From assembly GCA_041686025.1 (NCBI GenBank), contig JAWLEP010000004.1, positions 6,156 to 60,509 on the forward strand: DNA of 54,354 nt. The letters are read 5' to 3'. Below the pieces are notes generated by a model, which was not told where the DNA came from, made no database searches, and saw nothing but the letters and a program-made list of their open reading frames with translations. Positions within the stretch are counted from its first letter, which is position 1. Each line of letters starts with the position of its first letter. Both the position numbers and the translations under genes were made by a program. This document shows positions 17,897-27,481 of this stretch, piece by piece. This stretch comes from Candidatus Fermentibacteraceae bacterium (GTDB lineage Bacteria; Fermentibacterota; Fermentibacteria; Fermentibacterales; JCC-6).

Positions 17897-18514
17897 CTAG
17901 GGCTGCACCCCGCCTTCGTCGCTCTCGCCGCCGTGCCTGCTGGTGAGGATGTTGTCCACCACACCGTAGTCGCGGGCCTCCTCGGCGGTCATCCAGAAGT
18001 TCCGGTCGGTGTCCACCTCCAGCCTCTCCATGGGCTGTCCCGTGTGCTGCGAGAGGATCCGGTTCAGCTCGCTGCGGAGCTTGATGATCTCCCGGGCCTC
18101 GATCTCGATGTCGCTGGCCTGGCCCTGGACACCCCCCATGGGCTGATGGAGCATAACCCTGGCGTGGGGGAGGCAGTTCCGCTTCCCCTCGGCCCCGCCG
18201 GCGAGGAGCACGGCCGCCATGCTGGCCGCCGAGCCCATGCAGTAGGTTGCCACGTGGGGCCTTATGAAGCGCATTGTGTCGTATACGGCAAGTCCCGCGG
18301 ACACCGATCCGCCGGGACTGCTTATGTACATGCTCACGTCCCGCTCGGGGTCCTCGCCCTCCAGGAACAGAAGCTGGGCCACTATGAGCCCGGCGGTCTG
18401 GTTGGTGAGAACATCGCCCACGAAGACGATCCTCTCCTTCAGCAGGCGGGAGTAGATGTCGTAGGAGCGCTCGGTGTTGCCGCTTCTCTCCACCACGAAA
18501 GGAATCACTGGCAT
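17897..18514 (-). CDS. clpP: Clp protease proteolytic subunit
   Basis: [23 protein letters not shown]. Confidence 0.97.
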   Translation of the reverse strand: MPVIPFVVERSGNTERSYDIYSRLLKERIVFVGDVLTNQTAGLIVAQLLFLEGEDPERDVSMYISSPGGSVSAGLAVYDTMRFIRPHVATYCMGSAASMAAVLLAGGAEGKRNCLPHARVMLHQPMGGVQGQASDIEIEAREIIKLRSELNRILSQHTGQPMERLEVDTDRNFWMTAEEARDYGVVDNILTSRHGGESDEGGVQP

Positions 18515-18517
18515 CGT

Positions 18518-19822
18518 CTACTCACCTTCCCCAGGGGCGGGCCCGGAGTCCTCGCCCTCCGCTCCGCCGGCCTCGGCCCGCTTCCAGGTCCAGGGCTGTC
18601 CGGCGCCGGCCTCCGCTTCGGCCCCGGCCCGCTCCGTCCCGGAGTCCTCCTCTTCGGGCTCCCGAGTCTTTATAGTCGCATTTTCGATAATCAGTTCCAG
18701 CGCCTTCCGGTTCCGCAGCCTGTCCCGGACGGAGGAGGCTTCCTCCTCCTCGCTGCGCTCCTCTGCGATCTCGTCCTCGCTCACCTCTATCTCCTCGGCG
18801 TCGGCGATGGCGCGGAGGATCAGGAACTCCCGGACCTTGTCGGCGGCCACCTTGCGGGCGCTCTCCACCGTCTTCTCGTCGGGCTCCTCCTCCTGCAGCC
18901 GACCCAGGAAGTCCCGGGTGAGGTTCTGCACCATGTACTCGGGAGGTTCGAACCCGTTGGCCTTCAGCACCTCGCTGACCGCCTGCTGCTCCAGGAAGCG
19001 GCGGCGGTCCTCATCCATGCGCTCCTCCAGGTCCGAGCGGATCCTTCCGGTGAGGTCCTCCAGGTCCTCGGCCCCCAGGTTCTTCGCCAGCTCGTCGTCC
19101 AGCTCCGGCAGCACCGGCTCCCGGACCTCCATGACCTCGAAGGTGTGCGGGTCGCCCTCCCAGTCGGCCTCGGGGTCGGTGGGGGCCATGCGGGCGACAA
19201 AGGTGTCTCCCTTCGACAGGCCCTCCACCAGACCGTCGAAGCCCGGGCCCGCCTGGTTCATGCCCAGACGGATGTGTATGTCGCCGTCATCCTCTTCCCC
19301 GGAGGGCTCGTGGCCGTCGGCGCGGAGTACCACCAGGTCGTCCTCGGCCGCATCCCTCTCCACCGCCTCGAAGCCCACCATCCGCTGGCGCAGGGAGTCC
19401 AGGCTCTTCTCCACCTCCCGGTCCACGTCGAAGGCCGGCTCCACCAGCTCCAGGTCTTTGTAGCCTGTGGGCTCGGGGGTCTCGAAGATCTCGTAGGTTA
19501 CGGTGAAGGTGTAGTCCTCCCCCTCGGCGGGGAGCTCGCCGTCGGCGCTGGGCCGGCCGTCGCCCAGTATCCAGTCCTCCTCCCGGAGCACCATCTCCGT
19601 GAGCTCGGCGCTTATCCGCTCGGCCACCTCGGAGGTAATCACGTTTCCGAACCGCTTGTCTATTATGGACTTGGGCACCTTTCCGGGCCTGAAGCCCGGC
19701 ATGTCCAGGTCCTTCGCAATCTCCCTGCGGACCCTCTTGAAGGCCCTGTCCACCTCGCCCGCGGGGGTCTCGAACCGCACGGTGCGGCTGCCCTGCTCTT
19801 CGCCGATGATCTCGTATGCCAT
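18518..19822 (-). CDS. tig: Trigger factor
   Basis: GFRPGKVP ribosome-binding signature; tig-clpP-clpX synteny. Confidence 0.9.
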   Translation of the reverse strand: MAYEIIGEEQGSRTVRFETPAGEVDRAFKRVRREIAKDLDMPGFRPGKVPKSIIDKRFGNVITSEVAERISAELTEMVLREEDWILGDGRPSADGELPAEGEDYTFTVTYEIFETPEPTGYKDLELVEPAFDVDREVEKSLDSLRQRMVGFEAVERDAAEDDLVVLRADGHEPSGEEDDGDIHIRLGMNQAGPGFDGLVEGLSKGDTFVARMAPTDPEADWEGDPHTFEVMEVREPVLPELDDELAKNLGAEDLEDLTGRIRSDLEERMDEDRRRFLEQQAVSEVLKANGFEPPEYMVQNLTRDFLGRLQEEEPDEKTVESARKVAADKVREFLILRAIADAEEIEVSEDEIAEERSEEEEASSVRDRLRNRKALELIIENATIKTREPEEEDSGTERAGAEAEAGAGQPWTWKRAEAGGAEGEDSGPAPGEGE

Positions 19823-19843
19823 AGCCTCTCTCTTGTTCTGGTA

Positions 19844-19874
19844 AGCAAACGCGGGCCCCGCCGGAAGCGGGGCC
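19844..19874 (-). terminator. GC hairpin between cpoB and tig, possible terminator
   Basis: GGCCCCGC-N5-GCGGGGCC stem at 19854-19874, followed on minus strand by a weak T-rich tail. Confidence 0.35.
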
Positions 19875-19940
19875 GGCCGCGGCTTCGCTGCGTAAATGCC
19901 TTCTACAAGCGGTGAAATATCATATATATGGGCTCTTCGG

Positions 19941-20618
19941 TCAAAGCCCCCCGTCCTCCAGGAGCACCGCCTCCTCGCTGTCCGGGTAGCGTTCGCGCAG
20001 GATCCCTCTCACCCGCTCCGCATCGGCGTCGGCCCCGTGCTCGGCGTAGATGGTGGCCGCCCGTGACAGGGCGGCGGGTGCCCGGGGGGAGTAGGGCCTG
20101 GTTATGTAGAGGGCCATCAGCTCCTCTATGGCCCGGTGGTGCTCTCCGGTGGCCTCGTGGCAGAGGCCCATGTAGTAGAGGGCGTCCCCGGCCCGGGAGC
20201 TCTCGGGGAAGCGGGCCACCACCTCGGCGAAGCCCTCGGCGGCGGTTCCGTAGCTGCCCTGCTGGTACTGCAGGAAGGCCTCGTCGAAGATCACGCCGGC
20301 AGCGGCGGAGCCGCTGTCTGTGGCGGCGTGGACCGGAGAGGACTGCAGGCGGCCCACCAGGGTCTCCATCTCGGCGGTGAGGTTGGACAGGGTCTCCACC
20401 AGCCCCTCGGTCCTGGTGCCCGTGCTGGCCTGCAGGCCGCGCAGCAGGCCCTCGTTCTCCTCGATCTCCGCCTGCAGGGAGTCCAGCCGGGCCTGCATCT
20501 GCTTCTGCCTGACGTCCATCTCCTCGATCCTGCCCGGGGCGGCCGCCCACCTGCTGCCCCAGCAGCCGGTGAGGGCCAGGATCATGACCAGTCCCGCCAG
20601 TGCCGCGGCCCTGGCCAC
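19941..20618 (-). CDS. cpoB: Tol-Pal protein CpoB/YbgF (lipoprotein, coiled coil plus TPR)
   Basis: Lipobox LTGC, coiled coil, TPR motifs (AGDALYYMG); directly after pal. Confidence 0.8.
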   Translation of the reverse strand: MARAAALAGLVMILALTGCWGSRWAAAPGRIEEMDVRQKQMQARLDSLQAEIEENEGLLRGLQASTGTRTEGLVETLSNLTAEMETLVGRLQSSPVHAATDSGSAAAGVIFDEAFLQYQQGSYGTAAEGFAEVVARFPESSRAGDALYYMGLCHEATGEHHRAIEELMALYITRPYSPRAPAALSRAATIYAEHGADADAERVRGILRERYPDSEEAVLLEDGGL

Positions 20619-20619
20619 G

Positions 20620-21165
20620 CTAGCTGCCCGGAAGGACTCTGAGGTGGACCCGGCGGTTCCTGGCCCAGGCCGCCTCGGTGTGGCCCTCGGCGAAGGGTCT
20701 CTCCTTGCCGTAGCTCACCGTCTGCAGCCGCGACGGGGACACCCCGTAGTCCACGAGGTAGTCGTAGGCCGCCTGCGCCCGCCTCTCGCCCAGGGCCAGG
20801 TTGTACTCGATGGTTCCCCGCTCGTCGCAGTGCCCCTCCAGCAGGACCCGGAAGCCCCGGTTGGCCATGATGTAGGAAGCGTCGTGCATCAGGCTGTCCA
20901 TGGCCGCCGCGGTCAGCTCGCTGCTGTCGAACTCGTAGAAGACGTCCCGGAGCATGTCCTGGTGCATCTGCAGCGTGTCGGTGGACGTCATCACCGTGTC
21001 CGTGTCCCAGACCCCGGTGTCCAGCGTGTCGCTCACCAGGGTGTCGGTGTCGAACACGGCGGTGGTGTCGGTGTCCGGCCTGGTATCGTCCGGGCGGCAG
21101 CCCGTGGTGGCGGTGATCACAACCAGCGCCAGAGCCGCCGCGATGGAAAGAGCAATCCTTCTCAT
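20620..21165 (-). CDS. pal: Peptidoglycan-associated lipoprotein
   Basis: [31 protein letters not shown]. Confidence 0.92.
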   Translation of the reverse strand: MRRIALSIAAALALVVITATTGCRPDDTRPDTDTTAVFDTDTLVSDTLDTGVWDTDTVMTSTDTLQMHQDMLRDVFYEFDSSELTAAAMDSLMHDASYIMANRGFRVLLEGHCDERGTIEYNLALGERRAQAAYDYLVDYGVSPSRLQTVSYGKERPFAEGHTEAAWARNRRVHLRVLPGS

Positions 21166-22397
21166 CGGCGCACCGTCCTTTCAGTGTGCCTTTCGTCCCC
21201 CAGGGGAGGAAGCGGCGACCAGGTGGGCAGGTAGCATTCCCCCGCCCCGCTGAGCCTGATCACCTCCAGCCCGGACAGCTCCAGGACGTATACCGCCCGT
21301 TCGCCGCCGCGGTCGCTGCTGAACGCCAGATGGCGTCCGGTGGGCGACCAGACCGGGTTCTCGTTGAGGGATCCCTCGAATGTCACCTGGCGGACGTTGG
21401 TGCCGTCCGCGTCCATTACGAATATGTGAAAGTCCCCGCCCACCCGGGCGGTGTAGGCGATCCGGTCCCCGGAGGGAGACCAGGCCGGGCTGTCCATGTA
21501 GCGGTGCACGCCGGTGAGGCGCACCGCGCTTCCTCCGGAGCTGTCCATGGTGTACAGCTGCGGGAAGCCCAGACGGTCGGAGGTGAAGATCATCTGCTGG
21601 CCGTTGGGCGAGAAGTCCGCCGCCGTCTCTATGGAGGCTCTGGCCGTCAGCCTGCGGGGCTCCCCGCCTTCCACCTCCAGCAGGTAGATGTCCGAGTTGG
21701 ACTCCCGGGATCGGGTGAAGGCTATGGCGGAGCCGTCGGGGCTCCAGGCCGGCGAGGTGTAGAGGCCGCCCCCGGCCAGCAGCTGCGTGGCCCTCCCCGC
21801 CGCCAGGTCGTAGAGGTAGAGGTCGGCGCTCTCGGAGCGGTAGGAGGTAAGGGCGATCCTGGTCCCATCCGGCCCCCAGGCCGGGGTGGTGATCACGTCG
21901 CTGTCGGAGAGCACCCGCTGGCCCTCCCTGGGGTCCAGGCTCTTCACCACCAGGGAGTAGCTCCGCCCCGACCGGCAGACGTAGGCTATTCTGGTGGAGG
22001 CTATGCCCCTCTCGCCGGTGAGCACGTAGACCATGTCGTCGGTGAGGGCGTGCACCAGGGGGTACACCGAGCTTCCGCTGTAGCTGCGGTCCAGCAGCAG
22101 CTCGCCGCCGGCCCGCACCTCCGCGGCCAGGCTCACCGCCCCCGCCATGCGGGACACCATCACCTCGGCGGACGCGTACTCCTCGTCCTCCCCGGCCTTC
22201 TTCAGCAGCCCGGAGAGGGAGACGTCCATCTCCAGCTGCTCCCGGGTTCTGCGGGTGGTCTCGCCCCGGCCCTCCACGGTGAGGCGGACCGGGACCCTGT
22301 CGGTCTCCATGGGGGTCATGGGCAGGAAGTCCTCCGCCGCGGACCCCGCCGCCAGAAGGGCGGCGCAGAGAATCAGTCTAATCGCTTTGCGGACCAA
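21162..22397 (-). CDS. tolB: TolB beta-propeller protein
   Basis: TRIAYV plus repeated PAWSPDG (PD40) motifs; tol-pal synteny. Confidence 0.88.
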   Translation of the reverse strand: MVRKAIRLILCAALLAAGSAAEDFLPMTPMETDRVPVRLTVEGRGETTRRTREQLEMDVSLSGLLKKAGEDEEYASAEVMVSRMAGAVSLAAEVRAGGELLLDRSYSGSSVYPLVHALTDDMVYVLTGERGIASTRIAYVCRSGRSYSLVVKSLDPREGQRVLSDSDVITTPAWGPDGTRIALTSYRSESADLYLYDLAAGRATQLLAGGGLYTSPAWSPDGSAIAFTRSRESNSDIYLLEVEGGEPRRLTARASIETAADFSPNGQQMIFTSDRLGFPQLYTMDSSGGSAVRLTGVHRYMDSPAWSPSGDRIAYTARVGGDFHIFVMDADGTNVRQVTFEGSLNENPVWSPTGRHLAFSSDRGGERAVYVLELSGLEVIRLSGAGECYLPTWSPLPPLGDERHTERTVRR

Positions 22398-23097
22398 GAA
22401 ACTCTATCCTCACTTCTGTGGGGCCGGTCCTTCCCGGGGGGGGAGGGGGCACGTTGGCCATGGCCAGCGCGTGCTCCACCGCCCTGTCGAAGGCCGGGGT
22501 GCCGCTGGTCCTCACCGCCTCCCACCGGGTGGTGCCGTCGGGGTTTACCGTGAACACTATCCTGTAGGACTGCTGCGGCCGTATGGAGGTCCGGAAGTGC
22601 CGCCGGATGGCCCCGAACACCCGGGACTCGTAGGTGGCCGGCCCCGGGACCTGCCCGGTGGCCTCGCCGGAGGCCCCCACGCCGCTGTACTCGTGCTGCG
22701 GCTGCTGCTCCGGAACCTCTTCCGGCTGCTGCTCGGGCTGCTCCTCCAGCTGCTCTTCGGGCATCTCCTCCGGCTGCTCCCCAGGCGCTTCCTCGGGCTG
22801 TTCTTCGGGTACTTCCTCCGGCTGCTCCTCCGGGGCCTCCTCGGGCACTTCTTCGGGCTGCTCCTCGGGGTGCTCCTGGGGGCCCTCTTCCGGGGCCTCC
22901 TCGGGAACCTCCTCCGGCGGCCGGCTCTGCTCCTGCGGACTCTGCAGGGTCACCATCTCCACCGTGATTGCGTCGCCGCCGCCGGGGACCGGGGGCTGCG
23001 CCGAGCTCCCGGAGAGGAGAGCGGCCGCCAGGATGACCACCACGTGGACCGCGGCAGAGATGGCCAGGGAGCGGGGATTGGGTATCCTAATCCGCAC
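22378..23097 (-). CDS. TolA/TonB-like energy transducer with Pro/Glu repeat linker
   Basis: TM with SxxxH (SAAVH), PEEx repeats, C-terminal SG...FDRAV; lies between tolR and tolB. Confidence 0.75.
   Translation of the reverse strand: MRIRIPNPRSLAISAAVHVVVILAAALLSGSSAQPPVPGGGDAITVEMVTLQSPQEQSRPPEEVPEEAPEEGPQEHPEEQPEEVPEEAPEEQPEEVPEEQPEEAPGEQPEEMPEEQLEEQPEQQPEEVPEQQPQHEYSGVGASGEATGQVPGPATYESRVFGAIRRHFRTSIRPQQSYRIVFTVNPDGTTRWEAVRTSGTPAFDRAVEHALAMANVPPPPPGRTGPTEVRIEFLGPQSD
22690..22920 (-). repeat. 12-bp tandem coding repeat (P-E-E-x, about 18-19 units)
   Basis: CCC/CCG GAG GAG NNN units, translated PEEVPEEAPEEGPQEHPEEQ... Confidence 0.85.
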
Positions 23098-23509
23098 CGC
23101 CGGCCTCCTCCCTGGACTCCTGCAGCAGGCCCACCTGGGGGTAGCCCCCCCGCCTGAGCTCGGTAAGAGCCCCGGCCACCACCTGGTAGCGGACGTCCCG
23201 GTCGGCCCGCACGTAGGCCTCGTGGCGGCCCGACGCCCTGGCCGCCCCCGCCAGGCCGGCCAGGTCGTCCATGGCCACCGGGCTGCCGCCCACCGTGATA
23301 ACGCCTGTAGCGCCTATCTCCACCACCAGGGTCTCCCCCGGCTCCAGGGCCGCTATTATCCTGCCCTGGTCGCTGGAGGGGGGGCTCACGTCGGCGCTGC
23401 GCTGTATCACCGGGGCGCTGAGCATGAAGATCACCAGAAGCACCAGCGTCACGTCCACCAGGTTGGTGACGTTGATGGAGCTGAACCTCCGGTAGCGCGA
23501 CCTTATCAC
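23087..23509 (-). CDS. tolR: TolR/ExbD
   Basis: INVTNLVDVTLVLLVIFM, RAD..VRY. Confidence 0.85.
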   Translation of the reverse strand: MIRSRYRRFSSINVTNLVDVTLVLLVIFMLSAPVIQRSADVSPPSSDQGRIIAALEPGETLVVEIGATGVITVGGSPVAMDDLAGLAGAARASGRHEAYVRADRDVRYQVVAGALTELRRGGYPQVGLLQESREEAGGAD

Positions 23510-23522
23510 CGAGCTTCCCCCG

Positions 23523-24191
23523 TCACTGCAGCGACCCCCTCCGGCAGACGTCCACCAGCTCGGAGAGGAACCTGTCTATGTCGCCGGCCAGGCTGTCTAT
23601 CCGGCCCACCACGAAGTTGTGGAAGATGTTGGCGGGAATGGCCGCCAGCAGGCCGGCCACCGTGGTGGTCAGGGCGGCGGCCACGCCGGCCCCCACCGCG
23701 CTGAGGTCGGCCACCCCGGTCTCCTTCATGCCGATGAAGCTGGTGAGGACTCCCCACACGGTTCCCAGCAGCCCCAGCAGGGGCGATACGCTGGTCACCG
23801 TGGCCAGGAAGCCGATGTTGCGCTCGCGCTGCGCCAGGTCCTCGCTGGCCTCCCGCTCCAGGACGCCCCGGAGGATGGACACCTCCTCGGAGGTCAGCGA
23901 CCCGGTTACCCCCCGGTCGCTCCTCCGCTGCAGGAAGCGCCCGGCCTCTGCGTACATCCGGGCCAGGGGGCCGACCTCGGAGCTGCGGCTCCAGAAGTCC
24001 GATCCCGGGGGCTTGCCCGTGGTCCGCAGCGAGTCCATGAACATCTTCGAGGACCGCAGCACCCGTCCGAACTCCCGCAGCTTGGATATGGCCACCGCCC
24101 AGGAACCCACGGACAGCAGGAGTATGGCCAGCAGTATCAGCTGGGTGACCAGGTCGGCCTGGCCCACCACGCCTATTACCTTGCCCACCAC
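23523..24191 (-). CDS. tolQ: TolQ/ExbB proton channel
   Basis: SPLLGLLGTVWG, ALTTTVAGLLAAIPA. Confidence 0.87.
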   Translation of the reverse strand: MVGKVIGVVGQADLVTQLILLAILLLSVGSWAVAISKLREFGRVLRSSKMFMDSLRTTGKPPGSDFWSRSSEVGPLARMYAEAGRFLQRRSDRGVTGSLTSEEVSILRGVLEREASEDLAQRERNIGFLATVTSVSPLLGLLGTVWGVLTSFIGMKETGVADLSAVGAGVAAALTTTVAGLLAAIPANIFHNFVVGRIDSLAGDIDRFLSELVDVCRRGSLQ

Positions 24192-24192
24192 G

Positions 24193-24567
24193 TCAGCCGT
24201 CCTCCGCTGCCACTGCCTCTATCTCCACCAGGGCCCCCTTGGGCAGGGCCGACACCTCCACCGCAGCCCTTGCCGGATAGGGCCGGCCGAACCTGCCGGC
24301 GTATACCTCGTTGACCTTCCCGAAATCCTCCATGTCCGCCAGGTAGACCGTCACCTTCAGCACGCTTTCGCTGCCCAGTCCGGCGGCGGCCAGCACCGCC
24401 TCCAGGTTGTCCAGCGCCAGGCCCGCCTGGGCCTCAGCACCCTCGGCCAGCCGGCCTTCGGTGTCCATGCCCAGCTGGCCGGAGACGAACACCAGACCCC
24501 CGTGGCGGACCGCCTGGCTGTAGGCCCCCACCGGAGCCGGTGCCCGTGCGCTCTGTACTCTCTCCAT
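24193..24567 (-). CDS. ridA: RidA/YjgF-family enamine deaminase
   Basis: APAPVGAYSQA, SGQL, PARAAVEVSALPKGALVEIE; ATG 24567. Confidence 0.9.
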   Translation of the reverse strand: MERVQSARAPAPVGAYSQAVRHGGLVFVSGQLGMDTEGRLAEGAEAQAGLALDNLEAVLAAAGLGSESVLKVTVYLADMEDFGKVNEVYAGRFGRPYPARAAVEVSALPKGALVEIEAVAAEDG

Positions 24568-24743
24568 AGGATGCACACCCTCCGTGGTTTTGCGGCCTCC
24601 CTTACAGGGTATATACATACCAAAGGAGGACTCTGTTCCAAAAGCTGCGCGGCGGGCGGCTGACCCCCGCTTCCGGGGATGGATATATTCCCCGGGGACA
24701 GGCTTGCGAAACCGGCTCAGACACACCGATCGGAGGAATCGAG

Positions 24744-25718
24744 ATGGCCGACCTTGCCACCAAGTACATGGGCCTGAGGCTCCGCAATCCCCTCATCGTG
24801 GGCAGCAGCGGCCTCACCGCCACGGCGGACAGGGTAGCCGAGTGCGAGGCCGCCGGCGCCGGCGCCGTGGTGCTGAAGTCCATCTTCGAGGAGCAGATCG
24901 AGATGGAGACCGACTCCATGGCCGCCGAGAACGCCTGGTACACCGAGGCCGCCGACTACATACAGAGCTACGGCCGCTCCCGGGCGGTGGAGGAATACCT
25001 GCAGCTGATCCGCGACTGCCGCGAGAGGGTGGAGATACCGGTGATAGCCAGCCTCCACTGCGCCTCCCCCGGCACCTGGACGGAGTTCGCCGCCAGGGCC
25101 CAGGAGGCCGGAGCCCACGCCCTGGAGCTGAACATGTTCGTCCTCCCCACCAACCCCAAGCGGACGTCCGAGGAGTACGAGCAGGTCTACATCGACCTCC
25201 TGCGCCGGGTCCGCAGCGAGGTCTCCATTCCGGTGAGCCTCAAGGTCGGCTACTTCTTCTCGTCCATGGCCAGAACCCTCATGGGCCTGGCCCGCACCGG
25301 GGCCGACGGCCTGGTGCTCTTCAACCGGTTCTACCGGATGGACATCGACACAGACGCCATGAAGGCCGTCCCCGGCCCCTACAAGAGCGACCCCGACGAG
25401 ACGCTGGTGCCCCTGCGCTGGATATCCGTCCTCTCCGGGGACATCGAGGCAGACCTCTGCGCCTCCACCGGGGTGCACGACCACAAAGCGGTGATCAAGC
25501 ACCTGCTGGCCGGGGCCAGGGCGGTGCAGCTGTGCACCGTGCTCTACGAGAAGGGCGTCGCGGAGCTGGGCACCATCCTGGAGGGCCTGGAGTCCTGGAT
25601 GGAGGGAAAGAGCCTGGACCGCATCTCGGCCTTCCGCGGCAGGCTGGCCCGGGGGACGGGCAAGCAGACCCCCGGCTGGGAGCGGGTGCAGTTCATGCGC
25701 TACTCCTCCCAGCAGTAG
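24744..25718 (+). CDS. Dihydroorotate dehydrogenase-like flavoprotein
   Basis: YMGLRLRNP, GAVVLKSIFEEQI, LFNRF, LRWI, STGVH, ERVQF. Confidence 0.85.
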   Translation: MADLATKYMGLRLRNPLIVGSSGLTATADRVAECEAAGAGAVVLKSIFEEQIEMETDSMAAENAWYTEAADYIQSYGRSRAVEEYLQLIRDCRERVEIPVIASLHCASPGTWTEFAARAQEAGAHALELNMFVLPTNPKRTSEEYEQVYIDLLRRVRSEVSIPVSLKVGYFFSSMARTLMGLARTGADGLVLFNRFYRMDIDTDAMKAVPGPYKSDPDETLVPLRWISVLSGDIEADLCASTGVHDHKAVIKHLLAGARAVQLCTVLYEKGVAELGTILEGLESWMEGKSLDRISAFRGRLARGTGKQTPGWERVQFMRYSSQQ

Positions 25719-25751
25719 CGGGACGGAGAACCGAATCCGGCGAGGAGGCAG

Positions 25752-26342
25752 ATGCTTCCCGAGGCGCTGACCCAGTCGGACGTATTCGCCTACCTGATAC
25801 TCCCCCTGGCCATATTCCTGGCCAGGATAACGGACGTCAGCCTGGGCACTCTGCGCATCATGCTGGTGGGGCGGGGAATGCGCTTCCTGGCCCCGGTGCT
25901 GGGCTTCTTCGAGGTGCTGATCTGGCTGCTGGCCATCGGCCAGATAATGCAGAACCTGGACAACTGGGCCACCTACATCGCCTACGCCGCGGGGTTCGCC
26001 ACCGGCAACTACGTGGGCATACTGCTGGAGCGCAAGCTGGCGGTGGGCATCTGCCTGGTCCGCTTCATCATACCCGGCAACGCCAGCCGCCTGAAGCGGT
26101 TTTTGAACAAGGCCGGCTTCCGGGTGACCGCAGTCACCGGCCACGGGGTGCAGGGGGACGTGGAGATAGTGTTCACCATAGTCCGCCGCAGAATGCTCAA
26201 GCGTCTGGGCAAGCTGGTGCGGCGCTACAACCCCCGGGCCTTCTACACCGTGGAGGACGTCCGCTACGCCCGGGAGTCCGGCGACCTTCCCCTGGCCCGG
26301 GGCCCCTACCGCCGCCGCACCCTCACCCGCAAGTGGAAGTAG
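25752..26342 (+). CDS. DUF5698/DUF2179 (UPF0316) membrane protein
   Basis: ARITDVSLGTLR, GFFEVLIW, GFATGNYVG. Confidence 0.85.
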   Translation: MLPEALTQSDVFAYLILPLAIFLARITDVSLGTLRIMLVGRGMRFLAPVLGFFEVLIWLLAIGQIMQNLDNWATYIAYAAGFATGNYVGILLERKLAVGICLVRFIIPGNASRLKRFLNKAGFRVTAVTGHGVQGDVEIVFTIVRRRMLKRLGKLVRRYNPRAFYTVEDVRYARESGDLPLARGPYRRRTLTRKWK

Positions 26343-26391
26343 CAGCACCCGCAAGCTAGCGAGAGGAGCCGCCCTGAAGACCACAGCCAGG

Positions 26392-27468
26392 ATGAGATTG
26401 GTCCTTATGCCGGTGCTGGCGATTGCCGCCGCCTCGGCCGCCTTCACCATCGACCACACCTGCGCCGACCTCGACGGGGTCCCCGGCGAGTGGATAGAGG
26501 CCGTGCAGGACGACATCCAGTCCCACTACGCCCATACCTCGCACGGGTCGCAGCTCACCTGGGGCCTCTCCTTCATCGAGGACGACGACCCGTTCTACGA
26601 CCACGAGACAGGCGACTGCTACCTGCCCTCGTCTGCCGGGGCCTGGTGCATCTTCAACGGCCAGGAGGGAGCCACCTACATCACCCCCGACATGTACTGG
26701 GAGACCGGCAGCGGCATGGACATGACCCGGGCGGTGCTGGACAACAACCCCGAGCTGGACACCTCCATGTGGTGCTGGTGCAGCCAGTGCAACTACTACA
26801 GCGAGGCCCAGGTGCAGGCCTACCTGGACTCCATGACCGCCCTGGAGGCCGAGTACCCGGATGTGACCTTCATCTACTTCACAGGAAACGCCCAGGGCAC
26901 CGGCTCGGAGGGCTACAACCGCTGGCAACGCAACCAGCAGATACGCCAGTACTGCCAGAACAACGACAGGGTGCTGTACGACTTCGCCGACCTGGACTGC
27001 TGGTGGTTCAACCCATCTACCAGCCAGTGGGAGCAGCACACCTACGGGTACTCCGGCCAGGACGTCCCGGCCGAGCACCCGGAGTTCTACGGAGACGAGT
27101 ACGGCCACACCACCGCAGAGAGCTGCCGGCAGAAGGGCGAAGCGCTGTGGTGGATGATGGCGGTCCTGGCCGGCTGGCAGGGCTCGGGAGTCGCGGAAAG
27201 CGAGGGGCTGACGGGCTACCGGCTCTCGGTGGACGGCGCCAACCCCTGCCCGGGCACGGCGCACCTGACCTGCACGCTGCCGCAGCCCGGCAGGCTCAGT
27301 CTCAGCGTATACGGGGCCGACGGCAGGCTGAGGGCCCGGCCGCTGGACGGCGATGCGGCCGCCGGCGAGCACACCGCACAGGTTAGCGGCCTGCCCGCCG
27401 GCGTGTACACCTGCGTGATGAGGGCCGGCGGCTTCGCGGCCAGCGAGAGGCTAGTGCTGCTGCGGTAG
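26392..27468 (+). CDS. Secreted protein with uncharacterised domain and T9SS-type C-terminal domain
   Basis: Signal peptide; IDHTC...HTSHGSQL...MWCWC...LYDFAD; C-terminal NP...VYGADGR...LPAGVY...RLVLLR. Confidence 0.75.
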   Translation: MRLVLMPVLAIAAASAAFTIDHTCADLDGVPGEWIEAVQDDIQSHYAHTSHGSQLTWGLSFIEDDDPFYDHETGDCYLPSSAGAWCIFNGQEGATYITPDMYWETGSGMDMTRAVLDNNPELDTSMWCWCSQCNYYSEAQVQAYLDSMTALEAEYPDVTFIYFTGNAQGTGSEGYNRWQRNQQIRQYCQNNDRVLYDFADLDCWWFNPSTSQWEQHTYGYSGQDVPAEHPEFYGDEYGHTTAESCRQKGEALWWMMAVLAGWQGSGVAESEGLTGYRLSVDGANPCPGTAHLTCTLPQPGRLSLSVYGADGRLRARPLDGDAAAGEHTAQVSGLPAGVYTCVMRAGGFAASERLVLLR

Positions 27469-27481
27469 GAGTCGCGAACCC

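Noticed and set aside
18518-18665. Possible frameshift in the trigger-factor tail (QPWTWKR within an acidic low-complexity tail)
   Set aside because: The frame stays open to a stop 3 nt before clpP and the tail is probably disordered; there is not enough evidence for a pseudogene or recoding.
19823-19940. tRNA upstream of tig (a common location)
   Set aside because: No cloverleaf or T-loop GTTCRA motif seen; only a GC hairpin and an AT-rich patch.
22634-22930. Plus-strand Ser/Gly/Cys repeat protein (SSGCSSG...)
   Set aside because: It is the reverse complement of the PEEx repeat of the TolA-like gene.
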